The notes under the pieces are model-generated. The model was not told the origin of the DNA. It was given only the letters and a program-made list of their open reading frames with translations, and searched no databases. Of a stretch of 64,000 nt of DNA, positions 49,230 to 61,706 are shown in pieces. Origin of the DNA: Octopus sinensis (Eukaryota); contig NC_042999.1 in NCBI RefSeq assembly GCF_006345805.1, forward strand, positions 156,798,001 to 156,862,000. The letters run 5' to 3'. The position numbers and the translations under genes were made by a program. Positions within the stretch are counted from its first letter, which is position 1, and each line of letters opens with the position of its first letter.

Positions 49230-50700
49230 ACTAAACAGCCACGCCAAGCTTGAGTTTGTATTTAATGGAATTTTTAGGAGATATTACACCAACATTCCTT
49301 AGCATCAGAAGTATTTTCTTCATGTTTGTCCCAGAGCAGTTCGGATGGCATTGTATATTGTTTCAACAACACGATCATGCTGCATAGAAAATAACTTGAT
49401 AATGTTTTGGGGAAGCTGTAGATCACCCTGAAATATCTTTCACAATGCTATAGAGTGGGAAAGAAAAAATAACAAGACCACCGTCGTTTACATTTTCGAT
49501 TTGGTTGTTTCCCCAAGTTCTACAATCAAGTATGAAAATCTCTTTTGACCAAAGGTAATCCCCGCATTAGTTGAACACATTTGTTATTAAATTCAGCCTT
49601 GCAGTTATTTTCAATTTAGATATTTAAGTCTTCAACAAAGGAATTTATGTTAAAATTGGTCTTTCTTATTACTGAATGCCCAGGAGTATATCAACTTAAT
49701 TTATGCGGAAGAAATGACAGAAAAATATAAAAAACAAGCGTTGGGATATCCCTTTCGAAAACGTTATAGCATCAGAGAGAGTCGTCGTGCTCTGAGTTAG
49801 AAAGAAAAGGGTGGTTGACTAAATCTTCCAATGGTGATTGGTGGAACATTTAGACAGACTGTGATTCCAGCAGCTGTAACTTACCTGTAATTGACTCACA
49901 CCGCCACAAAATTCCCGCAAGGATGAAGTCAAGACAACACAGTTTTATTAACAAGAGATTGTTCTGCATTTTCACAATCCCTCATTTCTACCTCCTGCCC
50001 ATTAGTTACAATTTTGTTGGACTTGCAATGGTCTTAGAGTAACTCATTGAGGTAGCTTGAAGCAACAGGCTTCTAATTCCAGCTATTGATTGAAGATTTT
50101 CAATTCACAATATTACATATGTAAGGCCGTACTGTTTGTGCTATGGCAAGTGAGTTTGGCTTGTTAATTACGAATTATCTCACTTGAAGTCTTTTGTTCG
50201 TATTTTACAATTATCAATTTACTCATAAGAGCTGGAGTTCTCATAAGACATAGTCGGTGATACCAAATATTTTATCTGGCGGCGCATGTAGCAGACATTT
50301 TCCCCTAAATGTTTAGCCCAGGCCAACTTTGAGCAAGCACACCTGTGATAAAATGCATTCTAGCCCCGATTGTCCGGTCTTTTTTAAGGGTATCTTGAAC
50401 TACATTTACCAATATCTTTTCCTCATCTAAGCTGGTAGGGTTCGACTTAAAGAAAATTTGACTGCAAACAAGAGCCTTTGTTGTTTCCTCTCGAGTTTTG
50501 CTGTCCAGGTAGCTGGTTTTTAGTAATTTAGTTGTTTTTCTCCGTACACAGCAGTTATCTGTCGGGCACTGTTTCATGGCAGATTGACACACGACTGTAG
50601 AGTCATATTTATGTAATATAGTGAGCATTGATTGCCCAATATTTATCACATAGAGGCATCACCACCATATGAATTCTTGTAACATGGAATTCCGAAAGGC
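49230..50700 (-). pseudogene. Heavily decayed hAT (Buster/Charlie-like) transposase relic
   Basis: Fragmentary similarity to ZBED5/SCAND3-type motifs (EQSLVNKTVLS, HSIAL..L, QAWRG); many frameshifts. Confidence 0.4.
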
Positions 50701-50750
50701 AAACCTATATTCCCATTGATTTCCATGTTATAAATTGGGGTATTTCCCGA

Positions 50751-50792
<42 letters not shown>

Positions 50793-50806
50793 GAGAGAGA
50801 GAGAGA

Positions 50807-51089
50807 GAAAATAGTAAAAAGTGAAAAAACTACAGAAGGCTTGTTTTAAAAAGGTTAAAAAATATATATTTGAGTCAATATGTCTGAAGAATGTTATAAA
50901 TTTTTTTCATACGATGACATAGTTTTTGAAGAAATGACCGGTTTCGCGTTCAGCTTTTCTTCAAAAACTGTCATTGTATGAAAAAAATTTATAACATTCT
51001 TCAGACATATTGACTCAAATATATATAAATATATTTTTTAACCTTTTAAAACAAGCCTTCTGTAGTTTTTTCACTTTTAACTATTTTCT
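50807..51089. repeat. ~280-bp near-perfect foldback between microsatellites
   Basis: Arms 50807-50934 and 50956-51089 are reverse complements; 21-nt loop. Confidence 0.93.
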
Positions 51090-51128
51090 ATATATTCAAC
51101 CACGTGCTTTCACACACCAACTTTCTCA

Positions 51129-51214
<86 letters not shown>

Positions 51215-51217
<3 letters not shown>

Positions 51218-51751
51218 CGGTGCCTTGACTTACAAGTTTAATTTGTTCCGTGACGGAGCTTGTAACTCAAATTACTCGTATGTCAAATCAATTTTCCTCA
51301 TTCAAAAGAATTGAAATGTCATTAAACCGTTCTGGGCCCCACAAAAAAAACACTGCAATTTTTTTTGTTACATGTTTTTTAATAAGAAAAAATTACTTAT
51401 GAATAACGGATGTTGTATTTAAAAAAAACAATACAATAGGATGTGCTTCAAGAAACCGATTTTATTAAGTATAATGAACAGCATTTACATTGGAGATCAG
51501 ACGACTTCAGGATGCTGGCAGAGTTGGATGAGAAAGGCTGAACTGAATAACTGAATTTTATTCGCTGATTTTCCCCCTTTTCGCCACGCTTTCCTCACTT
51601 TTATCTGCAGAAGTTTTCGATAAAAACCTATCCAATGAGGTCTGTTTCATCCTCCCTTTCAGAATGTTTCTGAAATGAGCTAGGCAAGTGTCATTAAATA
51701 TCACCGTAGCACGCCCAATTGCAACTTTTTCTGGGTGTTTCTTTTGAAAAA
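51215..51751 (-). mobile_element. Tigger (pogo) 3' end
   Basis: TA-CAGCGGTGCCTTGACTTAC TIR; QKKHPEKVAIGRA..FRNILKGRMKQTSLDRFL. Confidence 0.88.
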
Positions 51752-52226
51752 TGTGCAACGTAAATTCGTCTCTCCTTTTATTATATATACGTGCATTCGA
51801 ACGCAGCAGATAACAGCTAGCCTTTGGCTGCAATTTGGCCCCTGTTGTATCCACTACTCTTATTGGTTGGTATTGGCGCAATTTATCTCTTATTCTGTCG
51901 CGCCAATTTGCCGCTTATAACCAATCGGAACCTCTAAAATAAATCACGTAAGACAACCTGTTCTCAACCCAGTTTTGAATCTACAGCTCATTATAAAAAC
52001 CCAGCTTCTCTTCGTCTCAAAGCCTTTCGCTTTCAGACCAGATCTTGCTGGTAGCAATTTTTCGCGTTAATCATTGTTTGATCCCTGTTAGACGTAAGCC
52101 ACATTGTTGATTAATTGTTGAAAGTCCCCCGTAAGGATAAACCTATTGTTTGATTTCACTGTTGAATTTTTAAATTGTTAGTTGCTGTATTTTGCTGTAT
52201 TTTTATAATTGTTTTCTTCCTCATTT

Positions 52227-53558
52227 ATGGGTGAAGTAGTGAAAAGAGGAAGGATGGAAAGTGAACCAGTCCCAGCCGGCACCTATGCTGCAGCCACTGG
52301 AAGAAGTTTAACTGCAGACGTACTACAGTTTAGCGAAGTGAAAATGGAGGAAAAAAAGCTAAAGGAGTTTAACAGACTGATTGAAAAGGAGGGAACCAGT
52401 TTGAGGTTGACGCCGCCACAAGAATTGCCAGCGAGCGTAACTAAGCGTTCAGTAGTATATAGAACGCTGTCCACGGCAACGAAAATAATTGAAATAGCTA
52501 GTGTGGAAGCCATAGAAGAGTGTTTGAAGGAGTTAAAGAACCTCACAACTTTCTATTCCAGAGGGGAAAATACGGCACAGTGGAGGTAAGGTTCGCTAGC
52601 GAGCAAAAAGCGATAAACCACTCCACTATGGTGCTAAGGACACCAGAGTGGGTACTTCTGCCGACTTAATGTGGCAAACGAGTGGCCAGGGTAAGGATAG
52701 GCAGAGTACGCCCGGAGATTGAGGAGGCGTGGCTGGTGGCAGCCATTATGTACAATATGGAGGAGGCGAAGGAGAAAGTAATGAGAATGAAAGAGGTAAA
52801 CTGTTGGTGATACGACCTCGAGGTGGCGCTCCAGGTTAGTTTGCAATACTTGCACAAAATAGCAGAGGAGGTGATACTGCCGGAGGAAGTGAAATTAAGA
52901 GTAGTGGTGGAGAGAAGACCTCCAACCTGTTACCAGTGTGGAATAAGGGGACAAATGAGAGCAAGGTGTCCCACAAATGAGAGCAAGGTGTCCCCAGAAT
53001 GACGTGAAAGGTGAACAGGAACAGCAGCAACAGAGTGACAAGCAGGAGAAAAATGCCGAAGTGGCGACCCCAGTGAGTGAGAAGTGTTCAGAGAAGGTGG
53101 AGGAGGATTATACAGTGGTAAATATGAAAAAGAAAAGGAAGGAAGACGTGAACTCACCCCCAAAGAGTCCACTAAAGAAAGGGAAAGAAAATAAACAGGA
53201 AGAGACACAGCAGAAGATTCCAACAATATCAACAAGGGAAACCAACGTCGAAATTCAAGTGGAAAAACAGGAACAAGTAACAAAAATAGAATCAAAAGAG
53301 AAATGGCGTATGGTGACATATTCGAAAAACACGGAAATGGAAAAGAGAATAACCAAAATGAAATCGGTGGTGAGAGTGAAGTTAACAACGGAACATTATC
53401 CAGCGAACACCAAGGCACTTGTAATTGACCAAGAGAGATGTGCAAGATTGAGAGAATTATTTGGAAATAAGATGGACCCAGCAGCAGTACGCGTGGAGTT
53501 TGATGACTTGCCGCCTGTAATAGATTATGAGGACCTAATACCGTTCATAAAATGGTGA
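52227..53558 (+). pseudogene. Tx1/L1-like ORF1 (gag-like, zinc knuckle) with frameshifts and no ORF2
   Basis: TYAAATG N-terminus, RRPPTCYQCGIRGQMRARCP knuckle, K/E-rich tail, then AATAAA and A-rich tract; 22-bp internal tandem duplication. Confidence 0.7.
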
Positions 53559-54054
53559 TAAGAAAAGAGGAAGAAGAAAGTAAATGTTTGGAATTTTAAT
53601 AAAACTGATACAAAAAGGGGAAAAAAGAGAAAAAAGAAAAAGATATAAAAACACTAAACTAAAACATTTAAAATTATATTGCTTGCGAATGGGGAGCATA
53701 TAGCCATTTCACCTCCATTATTATAATTCATCCTTCATTCGTTCGTTCTGTGTTTTATGTCCCCACTGTAGTGTCCTGTCTGTCCTGGTGCTGTCCCCTC
53801 TGTTTTATGACCGCAGTGCCAAAATAAAGAATCACTTTCGGTTCCAGACCTTTTTAGGTCTAGCCACTGAACACACAAGACACAGCCAGTTCCAGAGACG
53901 ACACCACAGCAGTCACTTTGAAACTTACCAACTTCATCTAACAACCGTCTTCGTCGCCACCATCATGTTCTTAATGTCGTCAACATCATCTCTCTACGTA
54001 CACAGCTCAACCAGCAACTCGCTCAGGTTCCAACACTTCACTGTTCGTGAATTA

Positions 54055-55216
54055 CCGTATTTGACGGCATATTAGACGCACCCTCATTTCAGCAGGTCAA
54101 ATTCAGGAAAAAAAGTTTCAAGTGTATTTAAGCATATATTGTTTGAAAGCAGTCTAGCAGCACATTACAGAAGCAGAAAACATTGCTGTATAAAAGCAAG
54201 CATACAGAAGGAAAGTATACAAATTACAATAGTAATCATCTTTTTAACCAGAAAACTCTTCATCATCTTCTACACCAGAAAAGTCTTCGTCATCATCTAA
54301 TATTTTTTCTTCATAAGCAGCAGGCATTTTTTGTGCAATGGATGTTTTTGTACGCATTGATAAACCCTTCCGTTTCATAAACCTGTAACACCAACCTTCT
54401 GTTCCTGCAAAGTTCTGTATCCCTCGTTGTTCTGCTACTCTCATGGCCTCATGAATTATCATTTTGGTAGATACACTTCTCCCTGAGTTTCTCTCATCAA
54501 GCACCCACGTTTTTATATCATCCTCAAGTTCTGACCAATGTGGGACTGGACAACGAAGGTTATGTTTACCTTTCTGTGCTCTCATCAGCTGCTCTTCTTG
54601 CTGTCGCCAGACACGTATCATTTTTTCTGTAGGTGGTGGCCCAAAAACCCTTGCTGCTGCTCTATTTCCATGCTCCTTGGCATAATCTACCACTCGTAGT
54701 TTGTAGGAGATTTTGTAGCTTGATCTTTTTGCTGCCATAGCCGTGAGGGTGCTTGTACTGTTGTAGTGTGTTTTGTTATGATCATAAACTTTGTTGTACC
54801 AAGATATCCAACCTACCTCCGTATATACACGAACTCGCAACGATCATGTGCATTCCGTAGTTTTACTCCTCACCGTCAGATGGCATCGAGTTAGGGTTCC
54901 GATCAGCTGATATTAGTAAAAGTGTGTCATGGATCGCAGCCTAACAATTTACGGTAGATTGCTTTGATTTTTACGATAATTCGTATTTTAAAGTAATAAT
55001 ACTGGTAATAATAATAATAATAATAATAGCAATAAAATAATGATGCATGAGTACGGAAAATATCATTAAGGCGTTAGCGTAGGTAGAAATACTTATCGTA
55101 AGCTAGGTTAGTGAGCGTCTGGGAGAAGATTAGCCTACGGGAGGGTCTTAACTTCGCATATTACACGCAGGGCGATTTTTTGGAAAAAAAGTGCTCCTAT
55201 ATGCCGTCAAATACGG
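54055..55216 (-). mobile_element. Internally deleted pogo element (POGK-like)
   Basis: TA TSD; TIRs CCGTATTTGACGGCATAT. Confidence 0.93.
54244..54738 (-). CDS. Open 164-aa ORF: Brinker-type DBD + CENP-B HTH + acidic tail, no DDE domain
   Basis: MAAKRSSYKISYKLRVVDYAKEHGNRAAARVFG..WSELEDDIKTWVLDERNSGRSVST..GWCYRFMKRKGLSMRTKTSIAQK..DDDEDF. Confidence 0.7.
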   Translation of the reverse strand: MAAKRSSYKISYKLRVVDYAKEHGNRAAARVFGPPPTEKMIRVWRQQEEQLMRAQKGKHNLRCPVPHWSELEDDIKTWVLDERNSGRSVSTKMIIHEAMRVAEQRGIQNFAGTEGWCYRFMKRKGLSMRTKTSIAQKMPAAYEEKILDDDEDFSGVEDDEEFSG

Positions 55217-55767
55217 TACTTCACCATGGATCAACAGCGAATATACAACCTGCAAGAACTCCTGTACCAAGTGACCCAGGCAGCAGTATCACAGCCACGA
55301 CTTCACGTTCGACATGTACCTGCAACCGGCTCAGCATCTTATCCGCAACTTCTTGATACAGTATTTCAACTGCTGTGTACAATTGACTACGAACTGGTAT
55401 TCTCATTCTTGTGTCTATGAACTCCTCACTTCGATGGCTATAGACTCTTTCACTATCTACTTCTTCATTGCCATTCTTATATGTTTTTCACACGTACATA
55501 CATCTATGTTTACACACACACACACATACAGTTTGTTCTCATGACTGCCAGTCAATTATTCTGTATACATGACGCACACACAGACACATGTTATTACCTC
55601 AATAAATCTTCTCTTAACCATTCTACTCGGCTGTATCTCTCTTTTCTCTCTGGCACTTATATGTACTATTCAAATATATATATATATACATATATATATA
55701 TATTGTATCGACCATGCGATGTACTAAAGAGCCATTCCCCTCATCTCGCATCGCACGGTCCCTTACA

Positions 55768-56265
55768 AAAGTCAGAAAGTTTCTCCCACATTCCCAACAT
55801 TTTCTTTATCACACTTGTAGAGATAACCTCCTCCGTATCCCCTATTCCCTGCAAAACCTCCGCGTGCTGCTGTGTCTGTAGCTCCTCTAGATCCTCCGTT
55901 GTCAGTTCCTCGGAGTGCTCCTCGATGAGCTCGTTGATATCATCTTCATCCATGTCCAGGTTCTCCTCCATCACTGCCGCTTCGGGTTCGAATCTTTCAA
56001 AGTCCGTTTCAGATACAACCTCAGGCCACAGCCTCTTCTAAGCAGGGATCAAGGTCCTCTTTGTAACACACTGCCAGGCCATATCGATAATTCTGAGACA
56101 TATCACGATGTTATAGTGGTCCTTTCAGGACTCTCGAAGGGTGAACTTTGTACTCTCCGTCACCTCAAAGCAGAGGCGGAATAGGTGCATGGTGAAGAGC
56201 TTCTTGAAGTTAAAAATCACCTGCTGGTCCATGGGTGGTGTTGGGTGGAAGGTAGAGGACCTTTA
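55768..56265 (-). pseudogene. Tigger transposase DDE-to-C-terminal segment
   Basis: VLYLPPNTT..PMDQQVIFNFKKL..DEDDINELIEEHSEELTTEDL..GMWEKLSDF; continues at 51751. Confidence 0.9.
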
Positions 56266-56269
56266 TAAA

Positions 56270-57395
56270 CTTGTACTCTATATAAGTATTGATTGTTAAA
56301 TATGAATTTATAATTTTTTATTTGTTAATGATAATTTAGATATGTACATTTATTTAATTATTATTTTATAATTATTATATCTGAACGTAAATTTTAAGAT
56401 ATTAGTCACTTTGGGATCTAGATCGTAAAAATGTTTTAATTTAACTATAAGTTTCTTATTATATTTCTAGTCATATTATATTTCTAATACTATTACATTT
56501 AATAATAATAGTAATAATAAGTATTTTATAAAGATAGGCTATACGTTTTTACTTTGGAATTTTTCAATTCTTATTTTGTATTTCATAAATATTTTCTAAA
56601 GATATCTATAATATTTATGTAAGTTATAATGGACTAATTTATTTATTGTTTATATGTTTATTGATAGAAAAAAATATAGATTTTTAATTACTATATTTGT
56701 TGATTATAATTTAGATACTTATTTTATAATTATTTTATGCGAACTAAAATCTTAAAATACTAAGAGTGATTGTTTTGTAAAATAGTTTGGTAATTAAATA
56801 TTAGAGCATAACAAGGTTAAAGATATTCTATAGTTTATTAATGTTTTTAAGCTAAATTGTATCTTCACAGATAAATACATGTTTCTATCTATTTACTCTA
56901 TTTTTTTTACCTTAAATATTTAACATAATAAATGTATTGTAGGAAACTGATCCTAACGTTTTAAGTTTCAAATTTAGTTAATGGAGTTTCTTCTATAAGA
57001 AAAATCATTATTTTATTCATTTATTTAATAGATATTGTTTAACTCTATTTGCATATTTATTTAACTATTATTGTTAATCTGAAAAGTGACTATGATTTTA
57101 AATTGAATTGATTTTCGATTAAATTCAAATTTAATTGTAATTCGAATTTAATTATAGCCATGAAACGTACGTAGTTTTTTTTACTTATTATATATTGATT
57201 ATTTCATTTTTATACTTTTTGTGATCTAGTTATATGTTTTATAAAAATATATTTTAGTTTTTATTTATGATTAGGTTTATGTCTATCATTGTTTGAATTG
57301 CATAATAGTGGTTTTTATTTTATATATTTATATTGTGAAATTTGATTTAATACTAAATTGAATTTTTCCCTGTAAGTTTAGAGTTATACTCCTTA
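56270..57395 (+). mobile_element. Longest copy of the AT-rich hammerhead-bearing element; motif at 57079-57173 with mutated core
   Basis: CTGAAAAG-TGACTATGATT..AATTATAGCCA-T-GAAACGTACGTA; terminus homologous to 25759; ends at (TA)n. Confidence 0.65.
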
Positions 57396-57489
57396 ATATT
57401 ATATATATATTTATGTATGTATGTATGTTGTATGTATGTATGTATGTATGTATGTATGTATGTATGTATGTATCATCGGTTTCTCAATG

Positions 57490-57690
57490 GACCCGGAAGT
57501 TGTTGTTCGCAAACAGCAGCAGTAATTTTCTTCTGCAGAATACACGTCATTGATTGGTTGAAATTACCCAAATACAACAGCTTTAACACGAAATAACTTC
57601 TAAAATACAAAATTTTGTCAAAAATGTTAAGAGTAAATCATGTTCCATGTGACACCTTCTACCAGTATCCGAAGTTTCAAAGTGTTTAGT
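57490..57690 (-). mobile_element. Single arm of the 41464-type foldback element
   Basis: Homology to 42060-42255. Confidence 0.75.
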
Positions 57691-58344
57691 TTGTGGCAAA
57701 GGAGATATTGGTTAATGCGGGGTACCTATTTGAATGAGTGCGTGTCAGAAGGCTAATAACATTTAAATAAATGTTTGCATAAAAGGCACAACAAAATACC
57801 AGGAGACAATGTTCCCTTTTGGCTAACAAACCTGGGAATTTATTCTGGTGTAATCAAGATATTACCGGAGCTTTGCAGGTAAGCCTTCCCGTTAATCGGA
57901 AAGGAATCAAGTGTTCATTCATTAGTAATTGTTCAATCGGTGTATCGTAGATATTAGTCCTCCCGTCAATCGGGGGCAGTAAACAAATGTTCATTCTTTA
58001 GTATGTTCCCATGAGTTGGAAAAAATCAGTACATTAAGGTAGAAGTCCTTCTGTCGATGAGTGCTAATTTCTGATCAAAGTCCTGTCTGGCTGAAGCTCA
58101 TCTAACCTGCTTGCCACCCAGTCTACTCGACTACTGGCCTTTCTATTTTAAAACTCGCACTTCACTGCCCGGGCCGCGTGTATCCTTCCGCGACCAGCAG
58201 TGATTGGTTAGTTTAAGCAAAACGACTAAATTAAGCTACCATCGCAAGGTAGTACTAATATGACTTGCTACAAGTTAAAAAATATTATCAAACAATCTGG
58301 CCGTCAAGTTGAATAGATCTGCACAGGACACCACAGAACGTAAA
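57691..58344. mobile_element. Possible solo LTR
   Basis: TGTGG...CCACA termini; no TSD found. Confidence 0.3.
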
Positions 58345-58923
58345 CAACATGCTGTAATTCTTTTTATCTCCACTAACACCCCCCCCCCTTGGTTTTTTTC
58401 TCTCTCATCCTTTCTCTGATTCTTTTCCTCTCCCTTCGCCGTTCTCTGTCTGTCCCACTCTCTCCCTCACTCTTCCGCCTTTGCTCTCCCTTTGTTCGCA
58501 AGTCATCATCGGCCATCTTTCTTTTCCTAATTTGAATTTCTTTCTTTCTCTCCGATCAGCCACAGGGACAAGACGCATTTTTTATTGTCTCCTGTCAGAG
58601 CTTGTTCCTCCGCGTTCACCAACTCAACTCGTTCAGACTTAGCAGCCCTTCCTGTTTGTTTTCACTGTCCTGTTTTTGTTACTTCCGCAAAATCCCAAAT
58701 TTTATTTAATTTGCTTTGCGGGAGCAATTGTTTTGTCGAAAACGTATCTTGTCATTAATTGCTCGAAATACGAAGTAGAAAAACAGCCGACAACTGATGA
58801 AGGGTTATTTTTTTATGTTGCTTGTCTTGTTTTCTATTTGTTTCCTTTGTTGTTCGGAAAAAAGTTCGTATTCCATGGTTTCGTATTTCATGTTGTTTAC
58901 ATTCTGTGGTGTCTTGTGCCCAT

Positions 58924-59045
<122 letters not shown>

Positions 59046-60602
59046 ATATTCATATATTATTTATGTTATTTTATGACTGAACGCCAAGCATCCATTTCCA
59101 AGTATATATATATATACTTGTGTGTGTCTGTGTGTTTGCTAGTGTGTTTTTCTTTTAGTTTTTGTTTACTTATACACATCAGCGAATGAGCAAAAGAAGT
59201 ACTCTCTGTATAGTTGTTCAATTTGCTAGAAATAACAGCCAAATCCCCCTCTTGTTAGTATTAAGGAAAGGGAAAATATTTACTCCTCTTCATTATTACG
59301 ATTAAAATTAATACTTTTGATTTTGTTTGGCTCTATGAATTTAATTTTTTTTAATGCTTTTGTCCGTTGCTTGATACAAGAAATTGGAAAATCTTGACCG
59401 AAACAGAGAAATTCTAACATACCAAAAAATATAGAAAGAGACAGAGAAAGTTCTGTTTCCCAAAGTCAAAAGATATGTTTTTAGCTGGGTGTAATTTTAT
59501 AATTAAAAAAAATTTTAAATTTAAATTTCAGAACATAAGACTTACCACATTATCTGGTGTATAGCCGCTGTTCAAATGGCTACAAAACCTAAAATAAATG
59601 TGTGTGTGTATGTGTGTGGTTAGCTCTTTAATAGCCAGGGGTCAATTTAAGTTCAATCGCAGAAAGGAATTCAAAAAGACAACATACGCAATTATAAACA
59701 TACAAACATACTCATACGTACACGCACATACACAAATACATACCTATCAGCCGCTCCCAAACGCCAATTTGATCCAAAATTCTGACCACCATTCTTTATA
59801 TACAAACACACACACATTCAGCTTTTCACTTTTATTTATTACTTTTTTTAATCGTCTATTGCTACTCATCTGCTTTTAGTTTTGTTTTTGTTTTGGGGAT
59901 TTTCACTTTAGTGACACCAGTTACACATGGTGCTAGGAATTTGCTTCGTGTCATCAAAATGGAAAAATTGTTTTTGAAAATTTGAAACAAAAAGGCATGT
60001 TTTTTTTTGACTTCTCAGAGATGGTTACTACTCGTTAATTTCAAATTAAACTTACCAAAGATGAGGGTCTTCCAGCGCTCCCCCCAAGTCTCTTAAAAAC
60101 CCCCTTTCTAGTGTCCCTTTGCTCCAAAACGACCCCTTCGAGCTCCAAATTCCCCCACCCCATCCTGTTGAGAACTTTTAGTCTAGAGCTACAAAAAAAT
60201 CATCTAATTATTTTTGTGGGAAAAACTGCTACTGGTGATATGAAATTAAAGGCCCTCCTTGAGTATCTTGAGAATTCAAAAAGCAGTAATTTACAGACCT
60301 TTTCTGTTTGGCTTTTACTTTTCAATTCCTTTTATTTCGTTTAAATTCATTTTAAATTTGGTGTATTAATATATGCTAATTATGGAACAAAAATTCAATT
60401 TTTTGTCCTAAATTAATAAATAAAATGTTAATAGCTTTTAAAGTTTGCAAATTTTGGATAATTTTAACGAATCATAAGCCAGACACATTGGTGCCTGTTT
60501 CCAAAGTAACAAGCCAAGCTGTTGCCTGCTTAAAGCTACTGTACTTATATTCTGAACTTTTGTTGTTGAGTTCTCGCTACAAAAATGTATTAACTTTTTT
60601 TC

Positions 60603-60823
60603 TAAATTTGGTATATTGATGTAATTTTTCACGCTGAATCTGATTTTGTTATTCGAATGTTCCAGAAAATTTTTAGTAAAATGCCAGTTTCCAAATGTTG
60701 TTTTCTGATTGGGTAAAAGTAATCAAACTTTACACCTCTCTAACACTTTTCTAAAATGTTTCTGGAGCAAGTGAATAACAACACCAGATTCAGCGTAAAA
60801 AATAACATTAATATACCAAATTT
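60603..60823. repeat. Imperfect inverted repeat with ~70-bp arms (MITE-like)
   Basis: AAATTTGGTATATTGATG..CGCTGAATCTG pairs with CAGATTCAGCG..TAATATACCAAATTT. Confidence 0.75.
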
Positions 60824-61490
60824 GAAAATCTTCACCTAATTTTAAACTTTCAAAATGTAGAAAAGATCCTAGTAGTATAGCCAAGTAGAAAAGTTCCGAA
60901 TTTACTTATTTGCTCTCGTCATCCAAATTTAATTGCTGTACACATATGAAATTTATATGGCTTCAACCTAAGATTTTTAGACACTTGTTGACACAATCTC
61001 CTGCTTATGGGAGACTGCTGCACTAGTTTACGTGTTGACTTCTTTGGACTTCGAATAACCCTTTGATGAATGTTCTGAATAACTTCCGATATTTGAATTG
61101 TAGGACGTCTTTATTTTGAAGCATTGTGCACTGGCGCCATAGTGCACCACTTCTTAATCAACATTTGTATCGTTCTGGTAAACCTTTACTCAGAAACTTG
61201 ACTTCAAAAATTTCCTGTGTTTGCTTAACAGTACCTGTTCTGAAATACGTTTCCACGATCTCCACTCCTTCCACTGTGGAGTTCGTCATCTTGCAGAAAA
61301 ACTAGAGATGTTCACTCAATGCAGTCATTCAATCAACTAATGTGGTGAGAATAAAGTTGCAAATAGTCGACTAGTGTCAAAATAACACAATGACACTTGA
61401 AAACGAAAGGCTGGGTGCGTGTAAATTTATTTCTACATTTACATTATGCTACAGAAACCAGACAACTTTTTCGTGGGCTACTCTATATAT

Positions 61491-61706
61491 ATTTCTTTAT
61501 TGCTCACAAGGGGCTAAACATAGAGGGGACAAACAAGGGATTAAGTCGATTACATCGACCCCAGTGCGAAACTGGTACTTAATTTATCGACCCCAAAAGG
61601 ATGAAAGGCTAAGTCGACCTCGACGGAATTTGAACCCAGAACGTAACGACAGACGAAATACCGCTAAGCATTTTGCCCGGCGTGCTAACGACTCTGCCCG
61701 CTCACC
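61491..61706 (-). mobile_element. SINE family C copy
   Basis: Homology to 40258. Confidence 0.85.

Noticed and set aside
53768-53907. Solo LTR TGTAGTG..CACCACA
   Set aside because: No matching TSD, PBS or PPT; mentioned only within the composite finding
55226-55420. 64-aa ORF MDQQRIYNLQ...
   Set aside because: Short, no recognisable domain, lies within nested repeat sequence
58795-58880. CTGATGAAGGG as a hammerhead start
   Set aside because: No correctly placed stem II closure, GAAAC or cleavage triplet; at best a decayed relic
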